IMG/VR virus record: IMGVR_UViG_3300020577_014021
Source of the DNA: a virus
Lineage: Duplodnaviria; Caudoviricetes
DNA: 64,000 nucleotides
Strand: one strand, 5' to 3'
A program made the translations under genes and the position numbers. Numbering within the stretch: the first letter of the stretch is position 1; every line of letters begins with the position of its first letter. The notes below the pieces were generated by a model, which had not been told where the DNA came from, did not search any database, and worked only from the letters and a program-made list of their open reading frames with translations. Shown in pieces: positions 16,911-27,338 of the stretch.

Positions 16911-18282
16911 TGCAATTATGCTCTAAAATTTGTTTAACATCCATTAAACTTTTACCTAAAGCATTCTGGTGCTTATATTCATCATAACCTTCTGATTTAT
17001 ACTCTAACACACCAGATGAATTAAATCCAAACCCTGGGTAAATTCCAATCATAAGACAACGACAGTTGTTGGTTACCAACCCATTATAAACCAAACTATG
17101 ATCCATTTTAACTGTTATATCATATAAAAATGTTGGTTTGGTTTTGTGATGATGAGTAATCAAATGCTCTGCTGAAAATTCTTCTAATTCAAATTTTTGA
17201 CTATCAATCTTTTCTAAATATAACCCTAAATTACCAAAAGCCTTATTTCGACAATCGTTAGAACAAAAATATTTTGGATGATTAAAAAGCATAGGTTTAT
17301 AACAAACCACACAATTTTTAACCATTTTAACTAGTTTTTCGTTATATTGATTGACTTGAGAAATGGGCTTCATGCCATTTGCAGTAAAAACTTTATGATC
17401 TGGCGTTACACATACATTATCACGACTACCAGCATGAGATTTTATTTCATAATAAGGTCCCTGATAAGGAACCTTTAGAAAATTCAAAGTATTTTCAACA
17501 CCGCGAAAACGCTTCTGATGAGTATAAACCTTATCACCAAAAGAAACGTTTTTTATTTTCTTAAAACCTTTTGAGGTATAAACTCTGCCTGTCCCGTATA
17601 AAAAACAATTAGGGTGAACGGGTGGCATAACTGGCTGTGGGCTTTTTCTATTTAAATATCCAGATCCTAATTCCGAAAGCTTATACACCCTAGGCGTAAT
17701 GCCATCTTTTTGTAAAAAAAATTCTTTGCAATATTTACAAACAAAAGCATCTTTTTTAGTCATGAAAGCAACGGTAGGATCGTCAAATCCTTGACTTTGC
17801 ATGACATCTAAAATACCATCTTGTAAGCCAACTGTTTTAGCTCTTTGTAATTCTGTTTCAACTACTTTTTTTACTTCCCCATGTGCCTGGTCAAAAACAT
17901 TTAACAAACTACTATTTAATTCCTTTTCGTAATCAAAATCTTCGTCAACAGACGCATCCTTTAAAGCATTATCAACTGAAAAAAGAGCTTGAGCTTTAGT
18001 TTTTTCAGCTGATGCATTAATATAAGACTCTGCCACTGAAGCTAAAGACTGCACAGAGGAAAGAGCAGGTCGATGTAAAGGATCTGCATTTAAATAAGCA
18101 GCTGTATAAAGTCCAGGCAATGTTAAAGTTTTATCATAATTAACGGGATCAATTCTTATTTGTGGTGCATAAAAAGAACCCAATAATCTCAACTTTAATT
18201 TTTCATACAAAACATCAATACCATTAATAATAGTTTGCTTTGTTGATTCAGGTAAAAAAGGTTTAGGCATGTTTATGCTCAT
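16870..18282 (-). CDS. Head morphogenesis (MuF/SPP1 gp7-like) protein with intein
   Basis: VETELQRA, DAFVCKYC, and PPVHPN|CRC motif interrupted by an intein; lies between portal and protease. Confidence 0.85.
   Translation of the reverse strand: MSINMPKPFLPESTKQTIINGIDVLYEKLKLRLLGSFYAPQIRIDPVNYDKTLTLPGLYTAAYLNADPLHRPALSSVQSLASVAESYINASAEKTKAQALFSVDNALKDASVDEDFDYEKELNSSLLNVFDQAHGEVKKVVETELQRAKTVGLQDGILDVMQSQGFDDPTVAFMTKKDAFVCKYCKEFFLQKDGITPRVYKLSELGSGYLNRKSPQPVMPPVHPNCFLYGTGRVYTSKGFKKIKNVSFGDKVYTHQKRFRGVENTLNFLKVPYQGPYYEIKSHAGSRDNVCVTPDHKVFTANGMKPISQVNQYNEKLVKMVKNCVVCYKPMLFNHPKYFCSNDCRNKAFGNLGLYLEKIDSQKFELEEFSAEHLITHHHKTKPTFLYDITVKMDHSLVYNGLVTNNCRCLMIGIYPGFGFNSSGVLEYKSEGYDEYKHQNALGKSLMDVKQILEHNCNEHRDNELLAYFK
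17065..17607 (-). mobile_element. Mini-intein (181 aa) in MuF
   Basis: C1 CFLYG..., block B VTPDHKV, block F LYDITV, ends VTNN, +1 Cys; internal CxxC...FCSxxC zinc knuckle. Confidence 0.85.
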
Positions 18283-18415
18283 CTAACTCTGCATCTTCAT
18301 TTAAGTCAATATCATCATCCAAATTAAATAGGCTAAAAGTATTACGCAAATAAACTCCAAAACGCGTTAAGCACTCCAAACATTTTATGCCTGACTGAAT
18401 AAAAAAATCAACCAT
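18263..18415 (-). CDS. Hypothetical 50-aa protein (not in ORF track)
   Basis: AGGAG upstream; MVDFFIQSGIKCLECL...; stop overlaps MuF start. Confidence 0.45.
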   Translation of the reverse strand: MVDFFIQSGIKCLECLTRFGVYLRNTFSLFNLDDDIDLNEDAELDEHKHA

Positions 18416-18443
18416 ATTATTTTGTACTCCTATTTAAAACAAA

Positions 18444-18500
18444 AGCCAATATATTATCTCGTAACGCCTAAAAAACAACTTACCAGATAATATATTGGCT
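18444..18500 (-). terminator. 16-bp hairpin / probable terminator in the head operon
   Basis: AGCCAATATATTATCT...AGATAATATATTGGCT, followed by TTTGTTTT on - strand. Confidence 0.65.
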
Positions 18501-18517
18501 ACAAAAAAATACACTAT

Positions 18518-18940
18518 TTAAGGTTTTATGACCCTATTTTTAGTTTGTTGAACAATATCACCTTTCACATTTTTCATTTCTTTTGCTAAACCATCAAGTA
18601 ATTGTTTAACAATATTATCGTGCTGTTTATTAATTTTTTTATGATTAAAAGTTATGTTTTGATAAGTTTTTTCTTTTTTGTTTAAATTATCAGAAATTGG
18701 TGGAGGCACATTATCCTTAAATTGTTGGCTTTGTGCATTTTGTCCTTGTAACTCAATTATTTTATCTTGCAATTGTTTTACAGACATATAAAGTGGTTGG
18801 TCAGAATTCTCATAATCATCTTCTAACTGTTGCTTACCAGCCAAATAACCTACCCAAAAAATCTTCATAACAATTTGAGATAATTGAACCTCAAAATCAT
18901 TAGAAAATTCATCTACTCTACCGTTTAATTCTATATCCAT
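18518..18940 (-). CDS. Hypothetical head-module protein
   Basis: Track ORF 18518..19033; ATG 18940 (MDIELNG) directly follows the portal stop and is the more plausible start. Confidence 0.6.
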   Translation of the reverse strand: MDIELNGRVDEFSNDFEVQLSQIVMKIFWVGYLAGKQQLEDDYENSDQPLYMSVKQLQDKIIELQGQNAQSQQFKDNVPPPISDNLNKKEKTYQNITFNHKKINKQHDNIVKQLLDGLAKEMKNVKGDIVQQTKNRVIKP

Positions 18941-18941
18941 A

Positions 18942-20864
18942 TTATTCTTCCATGATTTCATCGTCAGGAACGATATCAACATTCTCTTCAATCGCGGTCG
19001 GAATTCCGACCTCGGAAATATTTTGCTTTGCAAACAGATCCTTCAATTCTGCCGTGTACTCTTCTAAGCAATGTTTCACTCTTCCCTTGGATTTCAACAA
19101 ACCCTGAAAAATGCTTTGATACTGAAACCAGAATCCACTTTGATAAAAATTCAAACTTGGATCTAACAATAAACTCTTGTTTCCAGTAAATGCATATAAA
19201 AATACATTCATAGGTACATTCTCTTTGGCCATATTTAAAAACTGTGGATTTAAAGGAATGTTACCAGCAACTGGCACTTCGCTTTTTTCAACTGAATTCA
19301 ATGTATCATTCATCGTTGAATATACATTCATTTCAGTTTGCAAACGTGTTACTTCTTTTTGTGGATCATCTGCTTCCAAACCAACAAATTTAAAGATACA
19401 GTATTTATGCACCTCAGGATCAATAATGGACAAAATACGGTTCATCAAAACCTGAGTATGATACAAAAGCGGTTTAAACCCAGCAGAACGAGCTACTTGT
19501 AAACGATACTCATTATTACTTTCAGCTATAGGCTGTCCAGCTACCGTACCCCTGCTCAAATAAGCCATAGCGCTAAGTTCTTCAGGGGCAACTTGATAAT
19601 TAGACAAAATCAGTCTAGCAGTATTTTCACTTAAATAAGCAAACTCTTGGTCTCTATTCCCAGGTTGATCAAAAGAAACGTAATCAATCTCGTCTTCTTT
19701 AGGAATGCCAACAATAGGCATTCTAAAAGCATTGCGCACACTGTTAATAGAAGCATTCATGTGCAAACGAATACGATTCAAAACGTTTTCATTTATTTGA
19801 TCAGACTTGATAACCAAACCACCTTTGGCAGCCCTTCCTTGAAAAAAGAAAAGGTGATTGTGCATCATTGAATTTAAATTAGTCGTTAAAGAACGAGCAA
19901 CGTCGTCAAGAGGCGGTCTTGGGTATCCAGCATAATCTACACTGGTAGAAGGATAATAATTATGTACTAGCAGTTCATCATCCTTAAAAGCCATACGTGG
20001 AATTTCATTAATGACTTGCACCCAGGCATATTCACCATTAATAAAAGACTGTAGATTTAAACGATCATATCTAATTTGTTCTTTGCCACGTAATTTATCC
20101 AATGCCAAAAAATCACTTTGAACTTGTTTATACAAAGGATTGTCTGGCAATCCCCTTTGATCAACTAACTTGAAATCAAGATAAGGAGCACGATAAATAG
20201 TCCCAGAATCAACAAGCCTAAAACTATGAAAAAGGTTATCCTTACCTTTAATAATTTCAACTGCAGGAAAACCATACAATGGAGCAGCTTTAGCCAAACC
20301 TTGCAAAAACTCAGGCAAAGTTACTCTTTGATGGTACTGCAAATTATCTGTTTTACCGCAATTATAAAACAAATCTCTTATGTATTTAATTTTCTCATCC
20401 AAGGACTGTTTTAAAGAAGTAGGTAATTTGTTAATTTCCGATGGCTTACGATAAACTATTTTATAACCAATATCATACCTAGAAACTTGAGGCTGCCCAA
20501 ATAATGATAATTGATTACCACGTGTATTTAAAATACAAGCTAGCAATTCATTGTTTTCAGCCATCTGTTTCAAAACAACATAAGGCAATAAATTCAAACG
20601 ACGACGATACAACCCACTATACAACAAACCACTTTGAGGATCATAGGTATACGATTTTCTCTCAGGTTCATCATTAGGCACAGCATACGGTGCAGAACGT
20701 GCATCTAAAATTGAAATAATAGATTTTGATAGAGGATGTAATGTTTCTGTATTAGGCATAACATCAATATGATCCATTTGGACTGGACTTTTTTTCTTTT
20801 TATTTTTATCAAAAACCATACTTGCTTTCTTAAGTTTTTTCTGCCATAAAAACAAAAACATCAC
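18942..20864 (-). CDS. Portal protein
   Basis: FHSFRLVDSGTIY, GYPRPPLD, NHLFFFQGRAAKGGLVI, NAFRMPIV, DQEF, YQVAPEEL; position after terminase. Confidence 0.88.
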   Translation of the reverse strand: MMFLFLWQKKLKKASMVFDKNKKKKSPVQMDHIDVMPNTETLHPLSKSIISILDARSAPYAVPNDEPERKSYTYDPQSGLLYSGLYRRRLNLLPYVVLKQMAENNELLACILNTRGNQLSLFGQPQVSRYDIGYKIVYRKPSEINKLPTSLKQSLDEKIKYIRDLFYNCGKTDNLQYHQRVTLPEFLQGLAKAAPLYGFPAVEIIKGKDNLFHSFRLVDSGTIYRAPYLDFKLVDQRGLPDNPLYKQVQSDFLALDKLRGKEQIRYDRLNLQSFINGEYAWVQVINEIPRMAFKDDELLVHNYYPSTSVDYAGYPRPPLDDVARSLTTNLNSMMHNHLFFFQGRAAKGGLVIKSDQINENVLNRIRLHMNASINSVRNAFRMPIVGIPKEDEIDYVSFDQPGNRDQEFAYLSENTARLILSNYQVAPEELSAMAYLSRGTVAGQPIAESNNEYRLQVARSAGFKPLLYHTQVLMNRILSIIDPEVHKYCIFKFVGLEADDPQKEVTRLQTEMNVYSTMNDTLNSVEKSEVPVAGNIPLNPQFLNMAKENVPMNVFLYAFTGNKSLLLDPSLNFYQSGFWFQYQSIFQGLLKSKGRVKHCLEEYTAELKDLFAKQNISEVGIPTAIEENVDIVPDDEIMEE

Positions 20865-21813
20865 AAGAATTAATTGAGGTATTTGTCAAAATACCTTTAT
20901 AACTCATGCCAATTTTTGTAAAAATACCATTAACTCCACTGCTTCCATCTACACTTGCAATAGCAGGCTCAATCAAAACATTATTATTTGTTTCTGCATT
21001 TAATTTTAAAGCACATGGCTGATTAGCTTCAATATACAAAATAAATTTTGCACTATTATAAAACACCATACCTGTGGCAGTAGGCAAAATACCTGCTTCA
21101 TTTGGCAAAGGATTAGTAGATATAAATTCTACAAAAGTAGGTGTGACAGCTGTAACAATATAACTGCCAAGCGTCACAGGACTGAAACCAGATGATAAAA
21201 TTAACGTATCACCCACTAATACTGGACCAGCTGAAAAAATTTGGAAATCAGTAGCATAATTAACACCCAAAGCAATATTGGTTTCAGCTGCTGCTGCATA
21301 ATTTTGAATACTGATACTGGTAGACGTTTTAGCTACAATTTTAAAATAACCACGATTTTGAGCATTAAAAGTAGAAGTATTAGATATATATAAAGTATCG
21401 CCTACTTGAACTGTGCCAAAACTAGGAGCCGTACCGGTTGAATATGTATATGTAACTATACTATTATTGTTTATGGAAACAGTAAAAGCAGTAGTCGCAT
21501 CTGTTCCCAAAACACGAGCAATTCTAAAAGCTGGTGCTGTACCCGATGTATACTGAATTCGATACGTAGAACCAGAAATAAAAGTCAAACTAAACGTTGT
21601 CGTATTATCAATCGCAGTTGCATGAGTACCATCAAATAACGTAATTGAACTATTAGGCGCTACCGAATACTTCAACGCCTGAGGATTTCTTACTGTTAAA
21701 CCATATATTTGGGTTGACCAATCAGGAACACGTTTAGAGGGATTATTATTAACTGTAATGCCACTATTGTCATCATAGGACAAAATACTTGAAAAAAGAT
21801 TTAAAGTTGCCAT
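20830..21813 (-). CDS. Virion structural protein (beta-rich)
   Basis: Ser/Thr/Asn-rich, repeated V-x-VGDTL; between terminase and portal. Confidence 0.6.
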   Translation of the reverse strand: MATLNLFSSILSYDDNSGITVNNNPSKRVPDWSTQIYGLTVRNPQALKYSVAPNSSITLFDGTHATAIDNTTTFSLTFISGSTYRIQYTSGTAPAFRIARVLGTDATTAFTVSINNNSIVTYTYSTGTAPSFGTVQVGDTLYISNTSTFNAQNRGYFKIVAKTSTSISIQNYAAAAETNIALGVNYATDFQIFSAGPVLVGDTLILSSGFSPVTLGSYIVTAVTPTFVEFISTNPLPNEAGILPTATGMVFYNSAKFILYIEANQPCALKLNAETNNNVLIEPAIASVDGSSGVNGIFTKIGMSYKGILTNTSINSCDVFVFMAEKT

Positions 21814-21870
21814 TTTAATCCTAAAAATTCAATAAAATCAAAGATTTATAATTATTATTGCGCTATAAAG

Positions 21871-21881
21871 AGATTAAGTTT
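21871..21881 (-). promoter_or_regulatory. Candidate late promoter AAACTTAATCT
   Basis: Exact copy upstream of 20830..21813 and portal. Confidence 0.55.
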
Positions 21882-23772
21882 AAATACTAAAAATTGTGTA
21901 TCCGTCTTGTGTACCTGTTGGATTAACTGTTGACTCAGTAGTCTTTTCTTCAACAATCAATTGCACTTGTTGCTTAAACCAATAATTAAGATGTGCGTTA
22001 GGATCACTTTGTAATTTTTCAGCATCAAAGCCTATTTCTTCTTGGATTGCTGAAACTTTCCATTCACCATCCTGAATCGTAAAAATATTCTGAAACACGT
22101 ACCTCAAAGCATCAAGTGAGTGATCTTTTTCACCTTCTGGTTCATCAGCATACTTACCATCAGGAAGTTCTTTCAAATGATATTCGCTGATTTCATCTTG
22201 GAAAAAAGCAGTGTCTTCATCCAAAGCAAAAAATGAAACATCACCTGCAGCTGATTGTAATTTAAATCTAATTAAATCAATACCTAAAGAAATATGCTTA
22301 GAAAATTTGTCTTTGATGCGCCACTTTTTATTTTTCCTTAGTCTATCGTTTTTGTCTTTTGCGGCAGGATCAGGAAAAATCGCTTTGTATTTAAAAATTT
22401 CATGCAATTTGGCTAACTCAAGTTCCATCTCTTCAAACTCAACCAACTTACCAAACACATTCATCAAATAAACACGATTTTGTTTATCAATTCCAACCGT
22501 AACAATTGCATAAGGAGAGGCACCACCTGAATGGTCAACACCCGCATAAAAGGCACAACCACCCTCATGCATTAAAGTTACCAAACGCTGTAAAGTCGGA
22601 TTAAAATTAATTTCTTTACCTGTAAAAATTTCCCAAATTTGTTTAAGATTTTTTATATGTTTTTCTGTTGACCATTTTGGAAATACCAAACCTTCCAAAG
22701 ATGGCTGCATAGACATACGTTGACTAAGCCATAAATCCAAAGTAGTATTTCTAAAATCTGTTAAAGTTTTTTCAACAGGATTTAAAATACGGCATTTAGA
22801 AATTTGTTTTTTTGCATCACCTAAACAAAAAGATGCGATTTTACAATCTAAACATTTATCAAAACCTTGAGCTTGATGAAATCTTGATTTTTCTGAACCA
22901 CTGAGTTCTTCAAATTGTTCTTCACTTAAAACAACAGCTGTTTTAGGATTACCATAAAAAATAGTAGGTATTGTACCCGATCTTTCATCAGGACACCTTT
23001 TTTGATTTTCAAAAACAGTCCATGATTTAACAACCAAACCAGTTTTATTTCTACTTTTAATTTTCTCTTCAACAACTGAATATGGGCCCTTACGTGAAGA
23101 AATTTCTGCACGAATATAAGGTCTACCTTCTGCCGTAGATACCGGTACACCAGACAAATCATAATAAGCTTTGCGCTTATCATGAGCCAAAGTTAACAAT
23201 TCATCAATTGATACAAAAGGTGCATGCTGACCTTGCGCGTTTAATAACGTGATTGATAAAACTTTTCCACGAACTAATTTTGGTGGCTCATCTGGATTTT
23301 TATAATTCGGTAAATTAAAAACAATATCATTATTTGTAGGCTTGGTCTCTAAATAATCACGGATAAAAGGCCTTTGCGCAAAATCTTTAAGATAGCCCCA
23401 GCCAACTTTTGCTTGATTATCAGCCGCTGCATAATGCAACATATCACGTCTATCATGTAACATAATAGCCAACTCAACAGCGGCCATACCCAAAGTCTTT
23501 TGGCTAGCACGTGAAGCAACATTCAAAATATTCAGGGGCTCATCACTGATACCATGAATAGCATATGCATAAATTTCCCACGTAGCATCTAAAGGATTAG
23601 TAGTAGCAAATCTTGAAACAGTAAAATCTGCTAAATCAACATCTAAATAAGTTTTCAACCATTGTTTGAAATGTTGCTTATTTGCACAAGGAATTAATAC
23701 ATGTTCCTGAAGCTCTCTATCTTTTTCAGTAACAACTGGTGTAGCATTATCTATAATATTTTTCTTACCCAT
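21880..23772 (-). CDS. Terminase large subunit
   Basis: Walker A ASRASQKT, Walker B VSIDE, nuclease GVDHSG, FPDPA, KDHSLDALRY. Confidence 0.9.
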   Translation of the reverse strand: MGKKNIIDNATPVVTEKDRELQEHVLIPCANKQHFKQWLKTYLDVDLADFTVSRFATTNPLDATWEIYAYAIHGISDEPLNILNVASRASQKTLGMAAVELAIMLHDRRDMLHYAAADNQAKVGWGYLKDFAQRPFIRDYLETKPTNNDIVFNLPNYKNPDEPPKLVRGKVLSITLLNAQGQHAPFVSIDELLTLAHDKRKAYYDLSGVPVSTAEGRPYIRAEISSRKGPYSVVEEKIKSRNKTGLVVKSWTVFENQKRCPDERSGTIPTIFYGNPKTAVVLSEEQFEELSGSEKSRFHQAQGFDKCLDCKIASFCLGDAKKQISKCRILNPVEKTLTDFRNTTLDLWLSQRMSMQPSLEGLVFPKWSTEKHIKNLKQIWEIFTGKEINFNPTLQRLVTLMHEGGCAFYAGVDHSGGASPYAIVTVGIDKQNRVYLMNVFGKLVEFEEMELELAKLHEIFKYKAIFPDPAAKDKNDRLRKNKKWRIKDKFSKHISLGIDLIRFKLQSAAGDVSFFALDEDTAFFQDEISEYHLKELPDGKYADEPEGEKDHSLDALRYVFQNIFTIQDGEWKVSAIQEEIGFDAEKLQSDPNAHLNYWFKQQVQLIVEEKTTESTVNPTGTQDGYTIFSI

Positions 23773-23825
23773 AATACACTATATCTATAGTGTAAGATTT
23801 CAAGAAAAATTGGTAACTTTAAATA

Positions 23826-24662
23826 TTACTCTTCACCAAATTGTTTTTTATCTTCTTCTTCATCTTGCATTCTTTGAAAAAATTCTAAACTTCTCTGGCG
23901 TTTTATTTCAATATCAGTCATATTAGACGTAGACAATTTCTTATCTACATATTCGTTATTATTGCTACTATTATCAATCAATACATTACCAGCTTGAATT
24001 ACACCACCTGTACCACCACTAACTTTTCTTGAAACATCATCAACCTTACTCAAAAGTTTTATAAAACGCTCATAATCTTTAAAGCCCTTAATTACAAAAT
24101 TAGGTGGTAATTTCTTTCTATCTCCTGTTAACATGTATTCAAGGAGACCTTTTTCGATCTTATCATGCCACATGTTAATCAAATTAGATAACAAAGAAAT
24201 CGAACGATGCTTGGTTAAAGCTAATTTATGTTTAGCAATAGCTTCCAAATTGTCTAAAAATTCTTTCCTAAGTTTAGGCCAATTATCTTTGGTTTTTAAA
24301 TAAACAATCCCGCCAATAGACGTCTTGGGAAATAACTTAACCAAATCTACTGATTCGTAACCTTGAATATAATGTTTAATCAAATCTTCCTTAGGATATT
24401 TTTCTACTTCCTGGAAATTACGATTTTTAGTAAATTCAGCCAATGCAGTTTTTTCTGTAATCGTCAATTCAACAGTTTTTTCTACTTCATTTGCAGTATC
24501 AGCAACTTGTTTGCTTAATTTTCCTAACTCATCATCTGATACAACTTCTGTTGTTATAATTTCAGTATTATTAGTCTCTGGAGTCCCAAATTGATTAAAA
24601 CTATTGATAAAATCAGCAACTGCTGATTTATCATTTTTTTCATTCGTCATGAATTTTTCCAC
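23826..24662 (-). CDS. Putative terminase small subunit
   Basis: Directly upstream of TerL; helical HTH-like segment ending KDNWPKLR. Confidence 0.5.
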   Translation of the reverse strand: MEKFMTNEKNDKSAVADFINSFNQFGTPETNNTEIITTEVVSDDELGKLSKQVADTANEVEKTVELTITEKTALAEFTKNRNFQEVEKYPKEDLIKHYIQGYESVDLVKLFPKTSIGGIVYLKTKDNWPKLRKEFLDNLEAIAKHKLALTKHRSISLLSNLINMWHDKIEKGLLEYMLTGDRKKLPPNFVIKGFKDYERFIKLLSKVDDVSRKVSGGTGGVIQAGNVLIDNSSNNNEYVDKKLSTSNMTDIEIKRQRSLEFFQRMQDEEEDKKQFGEE

Positions 24663-24970
24663 TTAATAACCAAATTTGGCTTATTTTTTAAACCTTGCAA
24701 AAAATAATTATACGATTGACGCAAATTATTTTCATACATTTTTTCGTTTTTACGATACTTAAATTTAGAAACAAAACCCTTAATGCCTTTTTTGGGTATC
24801 AAATTAACCAAAATTTGTTCATCACTAATAGTAATCTCACACTCAGAGGCATGAGGATAACATACTAAAGGCATAAGCTTTAAATTTTCCAAAACAACAG
24901 CATGAATGCCTTGAGTCATATATTGTAAAGAAAAAACTTCTTGCATTTTTTTTTGAGTATCTGTATTCAT
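24647..24970 (-). CDS. Hypothetical protein
   Basis: Coupled ORF. Confidence 0.65.
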   Translation of the reverse strand: MNTDTQKKMQEVFSLQYMTQGIHAVVLENLKLMPLVCYPHASECEITISDEQILVNLIPKKGIKGFVSKFKYRKNEKMYENNLRQSYNYFLQGLKNKPNLVIKWKNS

Positions 24971-25962
24971 ATATTTAATCTACTATTAATTACATTCCAA
25001 AGTTCTTCATTATCCACCCCATAAATAGTTTTATATTTATATTTCACAAAATCTTGCAAAGAATTTAAAATACCTTCCGATTCTTTGACTAAAACTTTTT
25101 TATGCTCTACGGGCACCTGCCTAATTTCAGCTAAATTCTTAAACTGCCCTGAAACTTTTTCAACAAAATTAAAATCACCCTTGACATTCAATATATATCG
25201 ATGATTTTCATTAATATCAATATTTAAATTTGTAGATTCATCTATATATAAATTATGTATTTTTTGGCATACTGTGTCAGTAGCAATAAACTGATACTGT
25301 TCTAAGCCATCCCATAACCATATACCCTTTTCTTCGTTAGCATCGCTTTCCTTGAGCCATCTTGGGGTGCCAGGGTAATAAACTTTACCAACTGACTGCT
25401 GCTTGTGAATATGACCCGAAACAATCTTACTATACAAAACTTGACTTAAATCAATACCATTTGGTGCAAAAAAATTATTTTCGTATTGCGCACCTATAAA
25501 AGTATGGTGACATAACAATACATCTGATTTCTTTTTCTTACATAGTTCATAAAAGTATTCATCTGTAGTATGAGGTATACAATCAAACTGAATTCCCTCA
25601 CATTGATAAGTAAATGGTTCATCATCCACAGAATCTATTACAACCACATTAGGCAAATTATAAAAAGCCACCAAGGCATGTTTACTTTGAGAACCATGAA
25701 CTACATAGTCATGATTACCAACCAAACAATAAAAATTAAGATTTGAATACTTATTAAATAATTCATAATAACAATAAGTCACAGGCAAATGAACAATACC
25801 ATGTGTATCAAACAAATCACCTAATAAAAAAATATCTTTTATTCCATATGACTTAGCTTGAACATCAATAAATTCAAAAAGTTTTTTCGTTTCTTCAAGG
25901 TTTGAATTTTTACTATGTAAATCACCAACTAAAATAATTTTGTAAGAATTTTTGTTCATCAT
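24967..25962 (-). CDS. Mre11/SbcD/gp47-like recombination nuclease
   Basis: Metallophosphoesterase motifs GDLH, GDLFD, GNHD, HH, SGHIH, YPGTP. Confidence 0.9.
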   Translation of the reverse strand: MMNKNSYKIILVGDLHSKNSNLEETKKLFEFIDVQAKSYGIKDIFLLGDLFDTHGIVHLPVTYCYYELFNKYSNLNFYCLVGNHDYVVHGSQSKHALVAFYNLPNVVVIDSVDDEPFTYQCEGIQFDCIPHTTDEYFYELCKKKKSDVLLCHHTFIGAQYENNFFAPNGIDLSQVLYSKIVSGHIHKQQSVGKVYYPGTPRWLKESDANEEKGIWLWDGLEQYQFIATDTVCQKIHNLYIDESTNLNIDINENHRYILNVKGDFNFVEKVSGQFKNLAEIRQVPVEHKKVLVKESEGILNSLQDFVKYKYKTIYGVDNEELWNVINSRLNI

Positions 25963-25976
25963 TATTAAAAATAGTT

Positions 25977-26324
25977 TTAAGTATTAACGATTGCAGTATT
26001 ATTCTGAGCATCATTTTTAAGTACAAAAGTATATGGACCTTCTTGTTTTTTTGAATGAGCCAAAATAAATTCTTCAGGTATTAGAATACAGGGAGTAGAA
26101 GCTAAAACCATGACTGTTTTTAACCAAGTTGTTCTATCATTATTCTCTAAATCTTTTGATACATAAATTTTATCACCAGGTTTATAAGCACCGTCTTCAT
26201 TGGTAAATATAACTTCCAATTCTAACATACTACGATCTGTTATCGCAGACAGTGTACCAACATTCAAAAAACTCTTAACTTCAATTGGCCTACAAGCTAC
26301 TTTTTTATTAACAGTTCTAATCAT
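25977..26324 (-). CDS. GroES-like co-chaperonin
   Basis: MIRTVNKKVACRP, YKPGDKIYV, ILIPEEFILA match the Cpn10 pattern. Confidence 0.6.
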   Translation of the reverse strand: MIRTVNKKVACRPIEVKSFLNVGTLSAITDRSMLELEVIFTNEDGAYKPGDKIYVSKDLENNDRTTWLKTVMVLASTPCILIPEEFILAHSKKQEGPYTFVLKNDAQNNTAIVNT

Positions 26325-27283
26325 AACAAACCCTTTAAATGTAAAATCTTTTTTTCTAAAACAGACAAAGTATTAACTTGCCTATTCATCTTAGCAAACA
26401 AATCAGCTCTTTCAAAATTATCTTCTGGTTCATCATCACTTTCAATTTGATAATTATGTATATCTTCTAAAGATACCATATGACCACTATTTGTGAGCCT
26501 TTCCATTTCTGACTCAGAAATATTCATCACTTCACATATTTCTTCTTTAGAAAAACCACTGTTTTTCATTTTCCTAAGACTAGAAAGAATTTTTCTATCT
26601 TTAGGATACATATGAATTTTATTATTAATATTATCTTGAATAGCAGCAGCATTAATACGACCTATAATTGATGATAACAAAACACTGGTATATTTTTCTT
26701 CTCCTGTGATTTCATCTATAATAGGTACAAATTTATCTAAAGCTACCAAAGCTGCATTAGAAGAAATACTTATTAGTTCTTGCATGTCTTTATATAAAAA
26801 TGAATAAGATGAATATATCAGTTTCATTCTATTAATCAAGAGTGGAGAATTTTTTATCAAAAAATCATTTCTTAATTTCATGATCCTTTGATAAATAATA
26901 ATCAAATCTCTTTTTATAGGTATTTCTGATAAATTATTTAATGCCCATGTAATAAAAGTAAAATTAATACGCAATAACGATAGTGGTTCTGAATTTTTAT
27001 TTTTAATGAATGGATTAACTTTAACTAAAAAATCAGATTGTCTAACTCTAAAATAAGGTCTAGCATCTAAAATATTTTTTCTGTCTAGTAAAATATAATT
27101 AATAAACTTTTTATATATATCTTTACCTTCATCTGTAGTCAATAAAAGTTTACGCCATAATTCTTCTTGTTTGATTAAATCTAAATACAATTCTTCATTT
27201 GAAGGATACTTATTTACAGCCAAACATGTTCTAATTTGATTTAGCCAAAGCAAAAATCCATTAGAATTCTTAAAGTCATACAT
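26321..27283 (-). CDS. Phage RNA polymerase sigma factor (sigma70-like, region 4 truncated)
   Basis: RNDFLIKNSPLLIN (2.1), QELISISSNAALVALDKF (2.2), SKEEICEVMNIS and VSLED (region 3), ends at LSVLEKKILHLK (start of region 4). Confidence 0.8.
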   Translation of the reverse strand: MYDFKNSNGFLLWLNQIRTCLAVNKYPSNEELYLDLIKQEELWRKLLLTTDEGKDIYKKFINYILLDRKNILDARPYFRVRQSDFLVKVNPFIKNKNSEPLSLLRINFTFITWALNNLSEIPIKRDLIIIYQRIMKLRNDFLIKNSPLLINRMKLIYSSYSFLYKDMQELISISSNAALVALDKFVPIIDEITGEEKYTSVLLSSIIGRINAAAIQDNINNKIHMYPKDRKILSSLRKMKNSGFSKEEICEVMNISESEMERLTNSGHMVSLEDIHNYQIESDDEPEDNFERADLFAKMNRQVNTLSVLEKKILHLKGLL

Positions 27284-27338
27284 ACAATAATTATAATAAT
27301 AATTATTGTAGTTTCATCATTCAAAAATTATGCCATTA

